From a virus (lineage: Duplodnaviria; Caudoviricetes), in the IMG/VR virus record IMGVR_UViG_3300031566_000031, positions 1-59,261 of that record: a DNA stretch of 59,261 nt; one strand, written 5' to 3'. The stretch's first letter is position 1, and every line of letters starts with the position of its first letter. Positions 38,723 through 47,801 of this stretch are shown here, piece after piece. The position numbers were made by a program, and so were the translations under genes. Below the pieces are notes generated by a model. It made no database searches, was not told the DNA's origin, and worked only from the letters and a program-made list of their open reading frames with translations.

Positions 38723-41700
38723 ATGCCTCGCAGCGGAGATCCCAAGGACATTAAGGTCGGTACTGGTAAGGCGAACCAGGGCAGCGTTGACGCTAATTCG
38801 TTCACGCCTGACCTCGCGTCGGGCATCGGGGGCAAGCATGGGATCAAGGCTCACGTTGACGACCCGCAGGACGCTCACCCAGCTTCCGCGATCGGCACGA
38901 CCACGACTCAGGGCTTCTACGACGGAGACGACGTGCAGTCGGATTTGGATGAGCTTTCGGGCCTCATCCCGCCCCGGCCCCCCTACGTCGGCACGTACCT
39001 GACCAACCTCGGCACAATGCTGACCGGCTCGTTGCTCAGCGGCATCCCTGACTGGGGCCACCTCAAGCTGAACGACGCCGGCCACATCAATCGGGGCAAC
39101 GTCATCCCGCCCGTTCCCGCTACACCGAACGCCGATGCGGACGTGTACCCCTACTATCACTTTGCTCCGGCATTCGCCGACGACGCGCCTCCTTTCGATC
39201 TGCCGGGCAACGACCCGCACCACGATGCGACGTTCAATCTGAACCCCGCAGGGACAGGCGACCCCACGTACAAGGGTGGTGGTCTCGGACTCGCCCACGC
39301 AGGTGGCTTCACCCGAGGGGTGGCCGGCGGAATCGGGTCGGACGGCCCGGTGATCGAGACGGCACGACTCATGCCCACGGCTGGTGGAGCGTTCCGGCCC
39401 ATCGTGCTTTCGGGCATGGTGTACCCATCCGATCGAGGAGTGCTGGCCTTGATCCACTGGCCGGCAGACGGTGACATTGGCGATTTCCTCGCCCAAGACC
39501 TGACCGACCGCTGCCCCGCCGCCCTTCGTCTAGGCCAGGGCCTTTTGGACAACTGCGATGGCGCTCCGGGTGGCATCTTCAGCGAAGGCGACCCTGACAT
39601 TCTCGCGTACCCGGGACGAGCCAGCGGCCAGTACGATCTGGTCGAGCTTCACACGGGTCTTGTCGGAGGCACGGGCCCTGTCCTTCCGCCGCCCTTCGAT
39701 GTGGGGGTTCCGAGCGCGGGTCAGGTTCGACTCGGGCAAGACCCCGGCGCAGGCGTGCCCGTAGTGACAGGCGGGATCCCGATCCTCGGTGGTACGACCA
39801 ACGCGTTGGGCCAGGACGGCGACCCCTACGCCCCTGCGGGCAACGACAACAACTTTTTCCGCTACCGTCTCCCCTACTTGGAGGACTACACGGCAGGGTC
39901 GGGTCCGACGTTCACGCCGGATGCCGAGAAGCCTCGTTACTTCTCCAAGCCTCTCGTTGCCCTCGACTACCTGACCGATCTGACTCAGGCGGGTGACTAC
40001 CCGAATCTCCCTGACGACTACTGGCATTTCCAGATCGCCCGTTACCGTCACCAATTCCTGTTTCCGCAGAACGCTCCGCTCCCGCCTGACCCTATCGACC
40101 AAGGAGCGTGGATCCTGTTTCACTTCAAGCGCGAAGCGGATTTTGAAGCGTTCGTTCGTGACGGTATTGCACCTGACGATCCGACTTTTGGATACGAGAC
40201 GTGGAGTAAGCCGGTTCTCTTGTTCGCATCGAGCCCTGAGAGCACCGACAACATCGCGGACCCTGGCACACCTTTCGATACGGCCGAGGGCTACCACGTC
40301 ATCCGTGCGGCGACGATGGAGGACCCCACTGCGAACCTGATCACCTCCACCGCGAAGGAGTACACGTTCACTGCAACGTCGGACGAGGTAATGATCATCT
40401 CGGGCGTCCAGTATTTCGTGCCCGGCACCGCCGGCTCCGAGTGGACGATCGACTCGATGAGTTTGATCATTGATCCCGGCGTCTGGACCTACAACTACAA
40501 CCTTGGTCGCTTGGCCGCCTCGCCCGCCGAGATCACGACGGGGATGGCGGGGCAGTATCCGTTGTTCGTTTACCTCGGCATGTTCGCCGCGGAGACTGGG
40601 AACATTGTGGAGCCCTCGGCGACGACCTCCTTCGACGGAGACGAGTTCGCCCAGCGGCTTGAATTCCGCTACGACACTCTCGACGTTGCTAGCGGCCACG
40701 GTCCCTTCGACCTGACCAACGGCCCCACGATTGCGGACAACATGACCCTCGCCCTGTTCCCGGGCGACCCCATGACGTTCCTCGGCGATGTGTCGGTGCC
40801 CCACTTCACCACCGACGCTCGGATCCGATCCTTCGTTCGCAAGCCGCTCGGCCACGAGGTCCCTGCGGAGACGGCTTTGGAGACTCTGTTCGACCGCCCG
40901 GCAGGCGACGGCATCCTATTCCACACGACCGACCACAACCCCACTGGTGGCACGGGAGCCTACGGCAACTTCCTGACTGGCGCCCTGTTTACGCCCGTCC
41001 GACCAAGCCTGGAGACGGCCCTCAAGGACGTTCAGGAGCGGTTCTTGGACGAGGTGTACCGATACTGGCCGAGCAACCTGTTCTCCGTCCACGACCCCAC
41101 CTGGGACGGCACACGGGGCAACATTTCGGGCCCAGGGCTGCCTTTCGCATCCGCGCCGATTGACCTCCCCGTTCGGATTGGGTCGGACGCTCCGACGCAA
41201 ACCGCATCGTGGGTTCAGGCCCACATTCACCTTCTCGATGTGGGGTCAGATCCGCTCGTCACACCAGACGCTCAGGTAGCGGGGTTGCCGGATCGTAACC
41301 CTCCGATCACGGACGGCGTGGTGGGTCCCGTTCCCTCAACAGGCATCCTGCTCTACCCGCAAACCGACTACACCGCCGGGTTCCGTCCGCGTCTCGGGGT
41401 GGACATTACGACCCCACAATTCGACTACACCGTGGCTTCCGAGCCCTCGCGCCGGTACATCCGTATCTTCGACGCGGGGTACACCCGCGACGCGTCGCCC
41501 GAAGCAATCGCCGGAACAAAGCTGGTGCGCTTCCGCATCCGCGGCCTCCGTCTTGTCGATTTCGCATGGAAACCGAATCCCGCAGGGACTCCCCCCGGAG
41601 GTTCCGACGAGATTGCGATCTTCTGCAAGGTGCCCGGCCTCACCTCTTGGATGGACATGGGGCGTACCGATGGTGCGGGCCCTTCCAAGCAAGACGCGCT

Positions 41701-41968
41701 CAATGATGGCGCGGGTTGCAAGGTGATCGGCCCGACGACCCGGGACGCCCGCGACCCTGTGACGGGAGTTTGGTATAGCGAGGTGCTGATCAATGTTGGG
41801 CCGGCAGCCTCCTTCTTCCAGAGCAGCTTCGGCGAAGTGCCCGTCATGGTGAAGGTCGTTATGAAGGCGGCAGGGGCCTCGCTGAATTTCCAGCAGGGCG
41901 GCACCGACGGGACCACCAATGATGTACGCGGTCTGATCGGCATCGAGGTACTGCGAGGAGTTTCCTGA
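38723..41968 (+). CDS. Virion structural protein (fibre-associated), 1081 aa
   Basis: N-terminal HVDDPQDAHPASAIG...DDVQSDLDEL motif of the type seen in phage fibre proteins. SD GGAG upstream. Confidence 0.6.
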   Translation: MPRSGDPKDIKVGTGKANQGSVDANSFTPDLASGIGGKHGIKAHVDDPQDAHPASAIGTTTTQGFYDGDDVQSDLDELSGLIPPRPPYVGTYLTNLGTMLTGSLLSGIPDWGHLKLNDAGHINRGNVIPPVPATPNADADVYPYYHFAPAFADDAPPFDLPGNDPHHDATFNLNPAGTGDPTYKGGGLGLAHAGGFTRGVAGGIGSDGPVIETARLMPTAGGAFRPIVLSGMVYPSDRGVLALIHWPADGDIGDFLAQDLTDRCPAALRLGQGLLDNCDGAPGGIFSEGDPDILAYPGRASGQYDLVELHTGLVGGTGPVLPPPFDVGVPSAGQVRLGQDPGAGVPVVTGGIPILGGTTNALGQDGDPYAPAGNDNNFFRYRLPYLEDYTAGSGPTFTPDAEKPRYFSKPLVALDYLTDLTQAGDYPNLPDDYWHFQIARYRHQFLFPQNAPLPPDPIDQGAWILFHFKREADFEAFVRDGIAPDDPTFGYETWSKPVLLFASSPESTDNIADPGTPFDTAEGYHVIRAATMEDPTANLITSTAKEYTFTATSDEVMIISGVQYFVPGTAGSEWTIDSMSLIIDPGVWTYNYNLGRLAASPAEITTGMAGQYPLFVYLGMFAAETGNIVEPSATTSFDGDEFAQRLEFRYDTLDVASGHGPFDLTNGPTIADNMTLALFPGDPMTFLGDVSVPHFTTDARIRSFVRKPLGHEVPAETALETLFDRPAGDGILFHTTDHNPTGGTGAYGNFLTGALFTPVRPSLETALKDVQERFLDEVYRYWPSNLFSVHDPTWDGTRGNISGPGLPFASAPIDLPVRIGSDAPTQTASWVQAHIHLLDVGSDPLVTPDAQVAGLPDRNPPITDGVVGPVPSTGILLYPQTDYTAGFRPRLGVDITTPQFDYTVASEPSRRYIRIFDAGYTRDASPEAIAGTKLVRFRIRGLRLVDFAWKPNPAGTPPGGSDEIAIFCKVPGLTSWMDMGRTDGAGPSKQDALNDGAGCKVIGPTTRDARDPVTGVWYSEVLINVGPAASFFQSSFGEVPVMVKVVMKAAGASLNFQQGGTDGTTNDVRGLIGIEVLRGVS

Positions 41969-44900
41969 TGGCTGATTTTGAAGATTTCGATGAAGAGACC
42001 TTGGAGCGTCTACGCAAGGCGCTGGCAAAGCGATCTGACACTGGTACGGGTCTTGACCCGTGGCAGGAGCACTTTGATCGCGGCCAATCGACCTACAGCG
42101 AGCAGGTTCTCAGCAACGACATTATCCAGGGGCTTTCGGGCTCTTGGGCCGCGTCCTACGATTTCGGCTGGGGGGCCGGCATCCGCCCCGAGTCGTTGGG
42201 TCTCCAATCCCAAGACCCCTCGTTCCCGACCAAGACGCGTCCCCGCACGTCCAAGTTTGGTCGCCGTGGTGTTCCCGACATTGATTTCGTCCCCTACAAC
42301 TGGAGGACCAACCGCTTCTCGATCAAGGGACCGGCCCTTGTTGGCAACCCGATCGTGTTTGAGCCCTACGGCCCGACGCTCAAATCGGATGCGATGGATT
42401 GGACCTGGGAGATTCTGCCCGGTGGTGGGCCCAACGGCGGCGACCTTCTGCTCCAAGCGCCTCGCCCCGACGGTGCGACAGCGACAGCACTGACCATCGA
42501 GGAGATCTGGAACACCCCACCGTGGTCGATCGGAGACGCCGACGAGCCCAACGGTGGGCTGTACCTCATGGTGACGGATTACGGGGAGATGGACGGTTCC
42601 CTCGACCCCGCGACCTCGGCCTCGATGACGCCCCTCGCTGCTCACGCGGACACGGCACGCACTGAAATCTTCCGCGTCGCCTCCCTCTTCAACCTTCACG
42701 GCGGCCCCTACGCGCCGCACGAAGCTCGGATCGAACTTCATCCGAACAAGCCTCTCTCGGACTACTTCGACCTTCCGGCCGCTCGCTCCGTCCGAGGCGT
42801 CACACTGTTTACTCCGTACGCGGCACGTCTTGCCGCCATCCCTGAATCGGGCGCAGGGCCGGGACGCGAGCGGGTGTTCCAGGTCATTTCGCCGATGAAT
42901 TCGGCGGCTTCTGACTACTACCCCCCTTACGATGGGGGGACCGGCGGAGACGGCACATGGCTTCAGGGCGGTTTTCCGTCGCACGACCCCGCTGCCCCTG
43001 TGGGCACCGGGGCGACATGGATGGGCAAGGCAACTCTGCCTATCCCCCTCCCGATCCGCGAGACCGGGGGCATCATCGAGAAGCTCGGATTTCCCGGCCC
43101 TTCGGCTGCGGACGCGGGCACGTCTCTGATCCAAGCCGTTCTCGCACCCGACCCGACTGATGTTGGTCGGATCATTCGGATTTACCACGTGGACCGCGCT
43201 GACGCGGCGTCCTTCACAACAGGAGACACCACCAAGATCCTGGGGTGGTTTGAGGTCTTGGACGTGACGGGGAGCGACTACACGATCCGGCACGTCCCTG
43301 ACGTTCCGCCGTTGACCGGGCAAGTGTTCCACGGGCAGGTCACGATGGTGGCTGCGGGCGACCCCACGATCATGGTGGGGTTTACGATCCACGACCCTGT
43401 GTCTGAGATCTTCCGTGGGGATTTTGATCACGACAAGGTGGAGTCCGCACGGCTCAAGAACCTGATCGATCCCCATTTGGTTGAGCGGTTTGCCAAGAAG
43501 CGTCTTGGTTCCGCGGCTCCACAATCTTCGGGAGCCTCTCCCGGCCGCGCGGATCGGGCAGCCATCCCGACTGCTTCTGTTGCAGGGGGCCCTGCTCCTG
43601 GGGTTCAGTGCGAGAACCCGGGCAATCTTCTTGACCTCGGCTTCCGCATGGTCCTGTATCCGGCGAAGGGCAACCTTGCGGGAAACCCGGTGCCCGATTT
43701 TGATCGGCCCATCGACTCGCTGGAAGCAGTCATCGACGGATCGATTACGGAGAAGCAGTACATCGAGGTCGATTACTCCAACGGTGTCGTCACGCTCAGC
43801 CATCCTCCGCCGGCCGGGGTAGACAGTCAGATCGTGCCGAACGGCGTGCTCCTCGGGCCGAACAACCCACGTGGCGAGGTGATCCTGTACGCCTCTTGCG
43901 TGCCCTACAGCCGTGAGCCGCAGTCCAACGCTCCGGGTATTAGAGCGGCTGTCCACAATCCTGATGGCAACGACGAACACGTGGATGTGTTCTCCAACAG
44001 GATCACGTCCACCATCGATCTCATCTCCACGGCTTTCCTCGGGGGCCCTCCTTGGATCGATGAGGCTACGGGCCTTGTTCTGACGACGACATGGGGAGGC
44101 CCACAGACAGGCATCGTTGAAATTCTGGACGGGGGCATCGGGTCCACCTCCATCGGGCGGTGGTCTTACTCCAAGGTCGAGTCTTTCGCGCCGGGGCAGG
44201 ACACCCTCAAGCTGGTCGCGTCCCTGACGGGTTCGGGCCCCCCTGCCGTCTTCGGCCCAACGATGACGGTCGTGTTGCGCCGAGAGGTTCGGACGGTAGC
44301 AACCGCCTCTCTCGACAACAGTTTCTTCATTGACGACTACCGCTTCGATACGACCTACGGAAGCACGGCGCGGTTCAACACGCTCCGGTTCGGCTCTACG
44401 ATCACGCCTTTCATCGACGGCTCGGCACAGATCACCTCTGGCAGTGGTGGTTCGGGACGACTCCGCTGGGACGAGGCCCTCGACAACGGGCCAAACAGCA
44501 ACGCGAATAACGCTTACATCAGCTTGCTCGATGGTCTGTTCTGGGATACCTCGGAGACGACTCCATTGGCGGGTCCCGCGTTCGCTCCGACCCCCGAGTC
44601 TCCTTTTCATGGCGGACCTTTGTACGGCAAGTTTGCCCGTAAGGGGACAGTCTCGCCCATCGACGGCTTGACGTGGACGAACATCGGCGCTCCGATCTAC
44701 ACGTGGGGAGCCTCGGCCAACGGCGGCGGGAACCAGATCATCGTTGAGGCCCGTATTTCGCGGAAACGCTTTTCCCCAACCGGGACTACGCAGGTTGCCA
44801 TACTGAAAGAGGTGTGGACCTACAGCTTTGGAACGTGGGCAAAGGCTGAGACGATCTTGGCAACGACGCAATCGACCGTGTTCCGTTTCTTTGGATCAGG

Positions 44901-45000
44901 GGCATCGATCTCCTTGCAGGCGATCGATGATGCGACCTTCACCCAAGGGGTTGAGGCTGTGGTGGAGTATTTCGCCGTTCCTGGGTATGCAGCTAGCTAA
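41968..45000 (+). CDS. Virion structural protein, 1010 aa
   Basis: TGATG overlap with the upstream gene. Contains a YIEVDYSNGVVTL module like those of the 3680-aa protein. Pro/Gly-rich and beta-rich. Confidence 0.6.
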   Translation: MADFEDFDEETLERLRKALAKRSDTGTGLDPWQEHFDRGQSTYSEQVLSNDIIQGLSGSWAASYDFGWGAGIRPESLGLQSQDPSFPTKTRPRTSKFGRRGVPDIDFVPYNWRTNRFSIKGPALVGNPIVFEPYGPTLKSDAMDWTWEILPGGGPNGGDLLLQAPRPDGATATALTIEEIWNTPPWSIGDADEPNGGLYLMVTDYGEMDGSLDPATSASMTPLAAHADTARTEIFRVASLFNLHGGPYAPHEARIELHPNKPLSDYFDLPAARSVRGVTLFTPYAARLAAIPESGAGPGRERVFQVISPMNSAASDYYPPYDGGTGGDGTWLQGGFPSHDPAAPVGTGATWMGKATLPIPLPIRETGGIIEKLGFPGPSAADAGTSLIQAVLAPDPTDVGRIIRIYHVDRADAASFTTGDTTKILGWFEVLDVTGSDYTIRHVPDVPPLTGQVFHGQVTMVAAGDPTIMVGFTIHDPVSEIFRGDFDHDKVESARLKNLIDPHLVERFAKKRLGSAAPQSSGASPGRADRAAIPTASVAGGPAPGVQCENPGNLLDLGFRMVLYPAKGNLAGNPVPDFDRPIDSLEAVIDGSITEKQYIEVDYSNGVVTLSHPPPAGVDSQIVPNGVLLGPNNPRGEVILYASCVPYSREPQSNAPGIRAAVHNPDGNDEHVDVFSNRITSTIDLISTAFLGGPPWIDEATGLVLTTTWGGPQTGIVEILDGGIGSTSIGRWSYSKVESFAPGQDTLKLVASLTGSGPPAVFGPTMTVVLRREVRTVATASLDNSFFIDDYRFDTTYGSTARFNTLRFGSTITPFIDGSAQITSGSGGSGRLRWDEALDNGPNSNANNAYISLLDGLFWDTSETTPLAGPAFAPTPESPFHGGPLYGKFARKGTVSPIDGLTWTNIGAPIYTWGASANGGGNQIIVEARISRKRFSPTGTTQVAILKEVWTYSFGTWAKAETILATTQSTVFRFFGSGASISLQAIDDATFTQGVEAVVEYFAVPGYAAS

Positions 45001-45006
45001 TTCGCT

Positions 45007-45039
45007 GCGTTTTCCTGCCTATAGGTCGGTCCGAGTAGG
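45007..45039 (+). promoter_or_regulatory. Putative phage late promoter motif, copy 4 (left direct repeat)
   Basis: GCGTTTTCCTGCCTATAGGTCGGTCCGAGTAGG, followed by SD AGGAG before ATG 45060. Confidence 0.6.
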
Positions 45040-45059
45040 GCCTTCCTGGCAGGAGAAGC

Positions 45060-46904
45060 ATGGCAACGAAGCGTACAAAATGGACCTTTGCGGACGCAAC
45101 TGAGCGGGACACGCACGTCGGTTTTGGGTCGGGTGTCAACGACGGCGACTGCTGTATTCTCCTGAGCGACTATTCGATGTGGGCCTACAACGGCACCGCT
45201 TGGATCCAATCTCCGGCCACCGCCTCAAGCCTGTCCGCGGTCCTCCTTGTCGGGAACACCTCGGGAGCCAGCGACATTGAGGTGTCCGCGGCCCAGGCCG
45301 TGCGCGGCGTCGATGGGGGAACGGGCGCGGGGCTGACCGTCCGCGGTGGCGCAGGGTCTACCTCGCTCGGAGGGCCGCTCACCCTTCAAGGCGGAAGCGC
45401 GGCCGGCACAGGGAACGGTGGCGACTTGATCTTGGCGGGGGGGATCGCGGCGGGCACAGGCACCGATGGCACTGTGAGCGTGACGGGTTCCACCGCCTCC
45501 GTCACCTCTTCCGACGCTGACCTCTCCCTAAACGTTTTGGGTGGGAACAACTTGGTCGTCAATGCTGATGGCACGTTTTTCCAATCCGATTCGGGAGCGT
45601 TTGTCGTCATCGGGAAATCCCCCTTCGCAAACACGGTCAGTCTCGACCTCGCAAGCTCGGCGACAGGAACTTTGGAGAACAGCCTCGCGGGTGGTGTCCT
45701 TGAGCTTCGGACCTTCACGACCGGAGCGGCAACGAACACCGGAAACCTGACGGTCAACACCGGAGCCAACGCCAACGCTGTCTCGGGTGACACCGGGGAC
45801 CTGATCCTTGGCACGGGGTCGGTCACGAATGCTGCGTCGGCGGGCACTTCGGGGGACGTAGCGCTTATTGCGGGTACGGCGGCGGGAAGCGGAAACGGCG
45901 GCAACATCCTCCTGACGCCCGGAAGCACTGGAAGCGGCACCGAAGGGACGGTTCGGATCACGGGCAAAGGCCAGTCGCTCCACGGTGGAAATGCGACCCG
46001 ACGATTCCAGATCCTTGGCGGCACTCAGACCGCCATCACAGGCGATTCAACAGGTCCCAGTGTTTACTTGGAAGCCCAGGGGACGGCGGCACGGGACGGA
46101 GCCCAGGTCACAGTTAGCAACTCGGTTGTAGGCAATGGCTCTTTTGTTGCTCGTGGAGGCAACGCTCTTTCGGGCACCACTGCTGGGGGAAGCGCCGACC
46201 TCATCGCTGGAATCGGTTTCGGAGCAGGAGCCGGGGCCCAATCTTCGATTCAAGCGGGTAACGGCGGCGCCACTGGCAACGGGGGCTACGCCTTCGTTCT
46301 GGCGGGCAACGCGGGGGCGACCTCCGGTAACGGCGGTGGCGTAGTGATCACGGCCAAGGACGCAACCGGATCCGGCCTCGGTGGTCCCGTCAACATTACG
46401 GCGGGTGGGTCTCCCACAGGGACCCCGGGCGATATTAACCTCACGACGGATGGTGGTCTGGTTAAGATTCGCACGACGAGCGGGTTCGCGGGCTCTGAGA
46501 GGGTGAGTCAGACCTACGGTGTCCAGTTCACTTCGCCCTCCGGTGGCGGGGTTCTCGACATGGTGACGCTCGGCACGCTGGATACCAACGGTCGGAACCT
46601 CAAGGTCAAGCTCCATGTGACGGCGCAGAACAGCGTCGTGGACGACGACTTCATCAGCGCCGTGATCCAAACTGCGGCCTACCGTGCGGGAGGGACCGTC
46701 TCAGTTGTGACCACCCCCGCGCTGACGAGCCACGAAGGCAACTCCTCGGGGACCAACCCCACGTTTGTCGCGGATCTCTTCTTCGCGGTCGCCGCTACCG
46801 GCAACGACATTCGGCTGACTCTCCGAAATTCAAGCAGCACGACGACCTACACCCTCAACACGGCTGTAGAGTGGTCCGTCCAAGAAGGTGGCTTCTCCTC
46901 CTAA
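45060..46904 (+). CDS. Gly-rich fibre-like virion protein, 614 aa
   Basis: Short N-terminal module (FADATERD...WAYNGTAW), repeated GG.L.L.(A/G)G.....G units, and a C-terminal beta-sandwich-like domain. Has its own promoter motif and SD. Confidence 0.65.
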   Translation: MATKRTKWTFADATERDTHVGFGSGVNDGDCCILLSDYSMWAYNGTAWIQSPATASSLSAVLLVGNTSGASDIEVSAAQAVRGVDGGTGAGLTVRGGAGSTSLGGPLTLQGGSAAGTGNGGDLILAGGIAAGTGTDGTVSVTGSTASVTSSDADLSLNVLGGNNLVVNADGTFFQSDSGAFVVIGKSPFANTVSLDLASSATGTLENSLAGGVLELRTFTTGAATNTGNLTVNTGANANAVSGDTGDLILGTGSVTNAASAGTSGDVALIAGTAAGSGNGGNILLTPGSTGSGTEGTVRITGKGQSLHGGNATRRFQILGGTQTAITGDSTGPSVYLEAQGTAARDGAQVTVSNSVVGNGSFVARGGNALSGTTAGGSADLIAGIGFGAGAGAQSSIQAGNGGATGNGGYAFVLAGNAGATSGNGGGVVITAKDATGSGLGGPVNITAGGSPTGTPGDINLTTDGGLVKIRTTSGFAGSERVSQTYGVQFTSPSGGGVLDMVTLGTLDTNGRNLKVKLHVTAQNSVVDDDFISAVIQTAAYRAGGTVSVVTTPALTSHEGNSSGTNPTFVADLFFAVAATGNDIRLTLRNSSSTTTYTLNTAVEWSVQEGGFSS

Positions 46905-46921
46905 TTCGGGCTGCTAGCGCA

Positions 46922-46955
46922 GCGTTTTCCCGCCTATAGGACGGCTCCAAGTAGG
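46922..46955 (+). promoter_or_regulatory. Putative phage late promoter motif, copy 5 (right direct repeat)
   Basis: GCGTTTTCCCGCCTATAGGACGGCTCCAAGTAGG, followed by a 9-bp hairpin ACCTGTGCC-ACA-GGCGCAGGT at 46958-46978. Confidence 0.6.
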
Positions 46956-46991
46956 ACACCTGTGCCACAGGCGCAGGTAGAGTGAACCGCG

Positions 46992-47792
46992 ATGCGCGTC
47001 CTGATCGATTACCCCTCAAACAAGATCCTACAGGTGGAGAAAACCCCGCTTGTTGGTGAGGGGGAGCCCGTTAACGGCAAATACTCGGTTCCGATCCCAG
47101 AGGCCGTGACGGTCTACGTGAATTCGGATTCTTTTGTGGTGCCTGCTTCCAACCCGGGATCGGTTGTGGCGCAGTCCTACGCCGGCCTGCTGGCCCAATT
47201 CCCGCAGTACGAGAATATCCTGTTCAACCCCCTGATCACGGCTGCGGACGTGGACGACCTCGATTTGACCGCTGTGTTGGTCGAAGGGATGCCTCCCACG
47301 GAGGAACACGTTACTCGCGCGCAGGTGGGCCGCCAGACCGGAGGACCCTTTACGAGCGGACAAGCCGCCAACACCACGGCCGTGCTCCCCGCCAACACGA
47401 GCGTGACCCCCACCCGCCCGGGTGTCCTGGTCACGGACACTATCGACATTGGCCCGCTGACGGTTGATCCGATCAGTGGGCTCGTGGTTGGCGCCGACGA
47501 ATTCGTTGTCTACTGGTATCTCTACGAGTTTGAGACGACCGAGGACATACGATCTGATTTTGGCGCGCAGGCGGGGACGAACGCCCCTGCACTTCGCCGT
47601 CTGATCGAAACAGATCAGGAACCCGCGGACCTACAGGTGTTCCTGTCGATCAACGATGGCGCGACCTACACGGAGGTCCAACGGCTTGTGCCCATCGCCT
47701 TCTGCGAGCCGGGCACCCTGCTTCGGATTGCGTTCAAGAACAACAACCCCACCGGAAAAAAGTACGTGGCTGCTTACTCGGTGATGTTTTGA
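46992..47792 (+). CDS. Hypothetical virion protein, 266 aa
   Basis: Typical codon bias. C-terminal LQVFLSINDGATYTEV...LLRIAF beta-sandwich motif of the kind seen in phage structural proteins. Confidence 0.6.
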   Translation: MRVLIDYPSNKILQVEKTPLVGEGEPVNGKYSVPIPEAVTVYVNSDSFVVPASNPGSVVAQSYAGLLAQFPQYENILFNPLITAADVDDLDLTAVLVEGMPPTEEHVTRAQVGRQTGGPFTSGQAANTTAVLPANTSVTPTRPGVLVTDTIDIGPLTVDPISGLVVGADEFVVYWYLYEFETTEDIRSDFGAQAGTNAPALRRLIETDQEPADLQVFLSINDGATYTEVQRLVPIAFCEPGTLLRIAFKNNNPTGKKYVAAYSVMF

Positions 47793-47801
47793 GGAACCCA
47801 A

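Noticed and set aside
42010-44871. Long minus-strand ORFs (953 aa here; also 19191-21503, 4077-6206, 49887-51962 and others)
   Set aside because: They lie antisense to well-supported + strand genes, translate to Arg/Val/Gly-rich sequence without motifs, and are the expected shadow of strong GC3 codon bias.
25201-46904. Diversity-generating retroelement or invertase-type fibre switching
   Set aside because: No reverse transcriptase or recombinase gene, and no near-identical ~100-bp template/variable repeat pair or inverted crossover sites, were noticed in this window.
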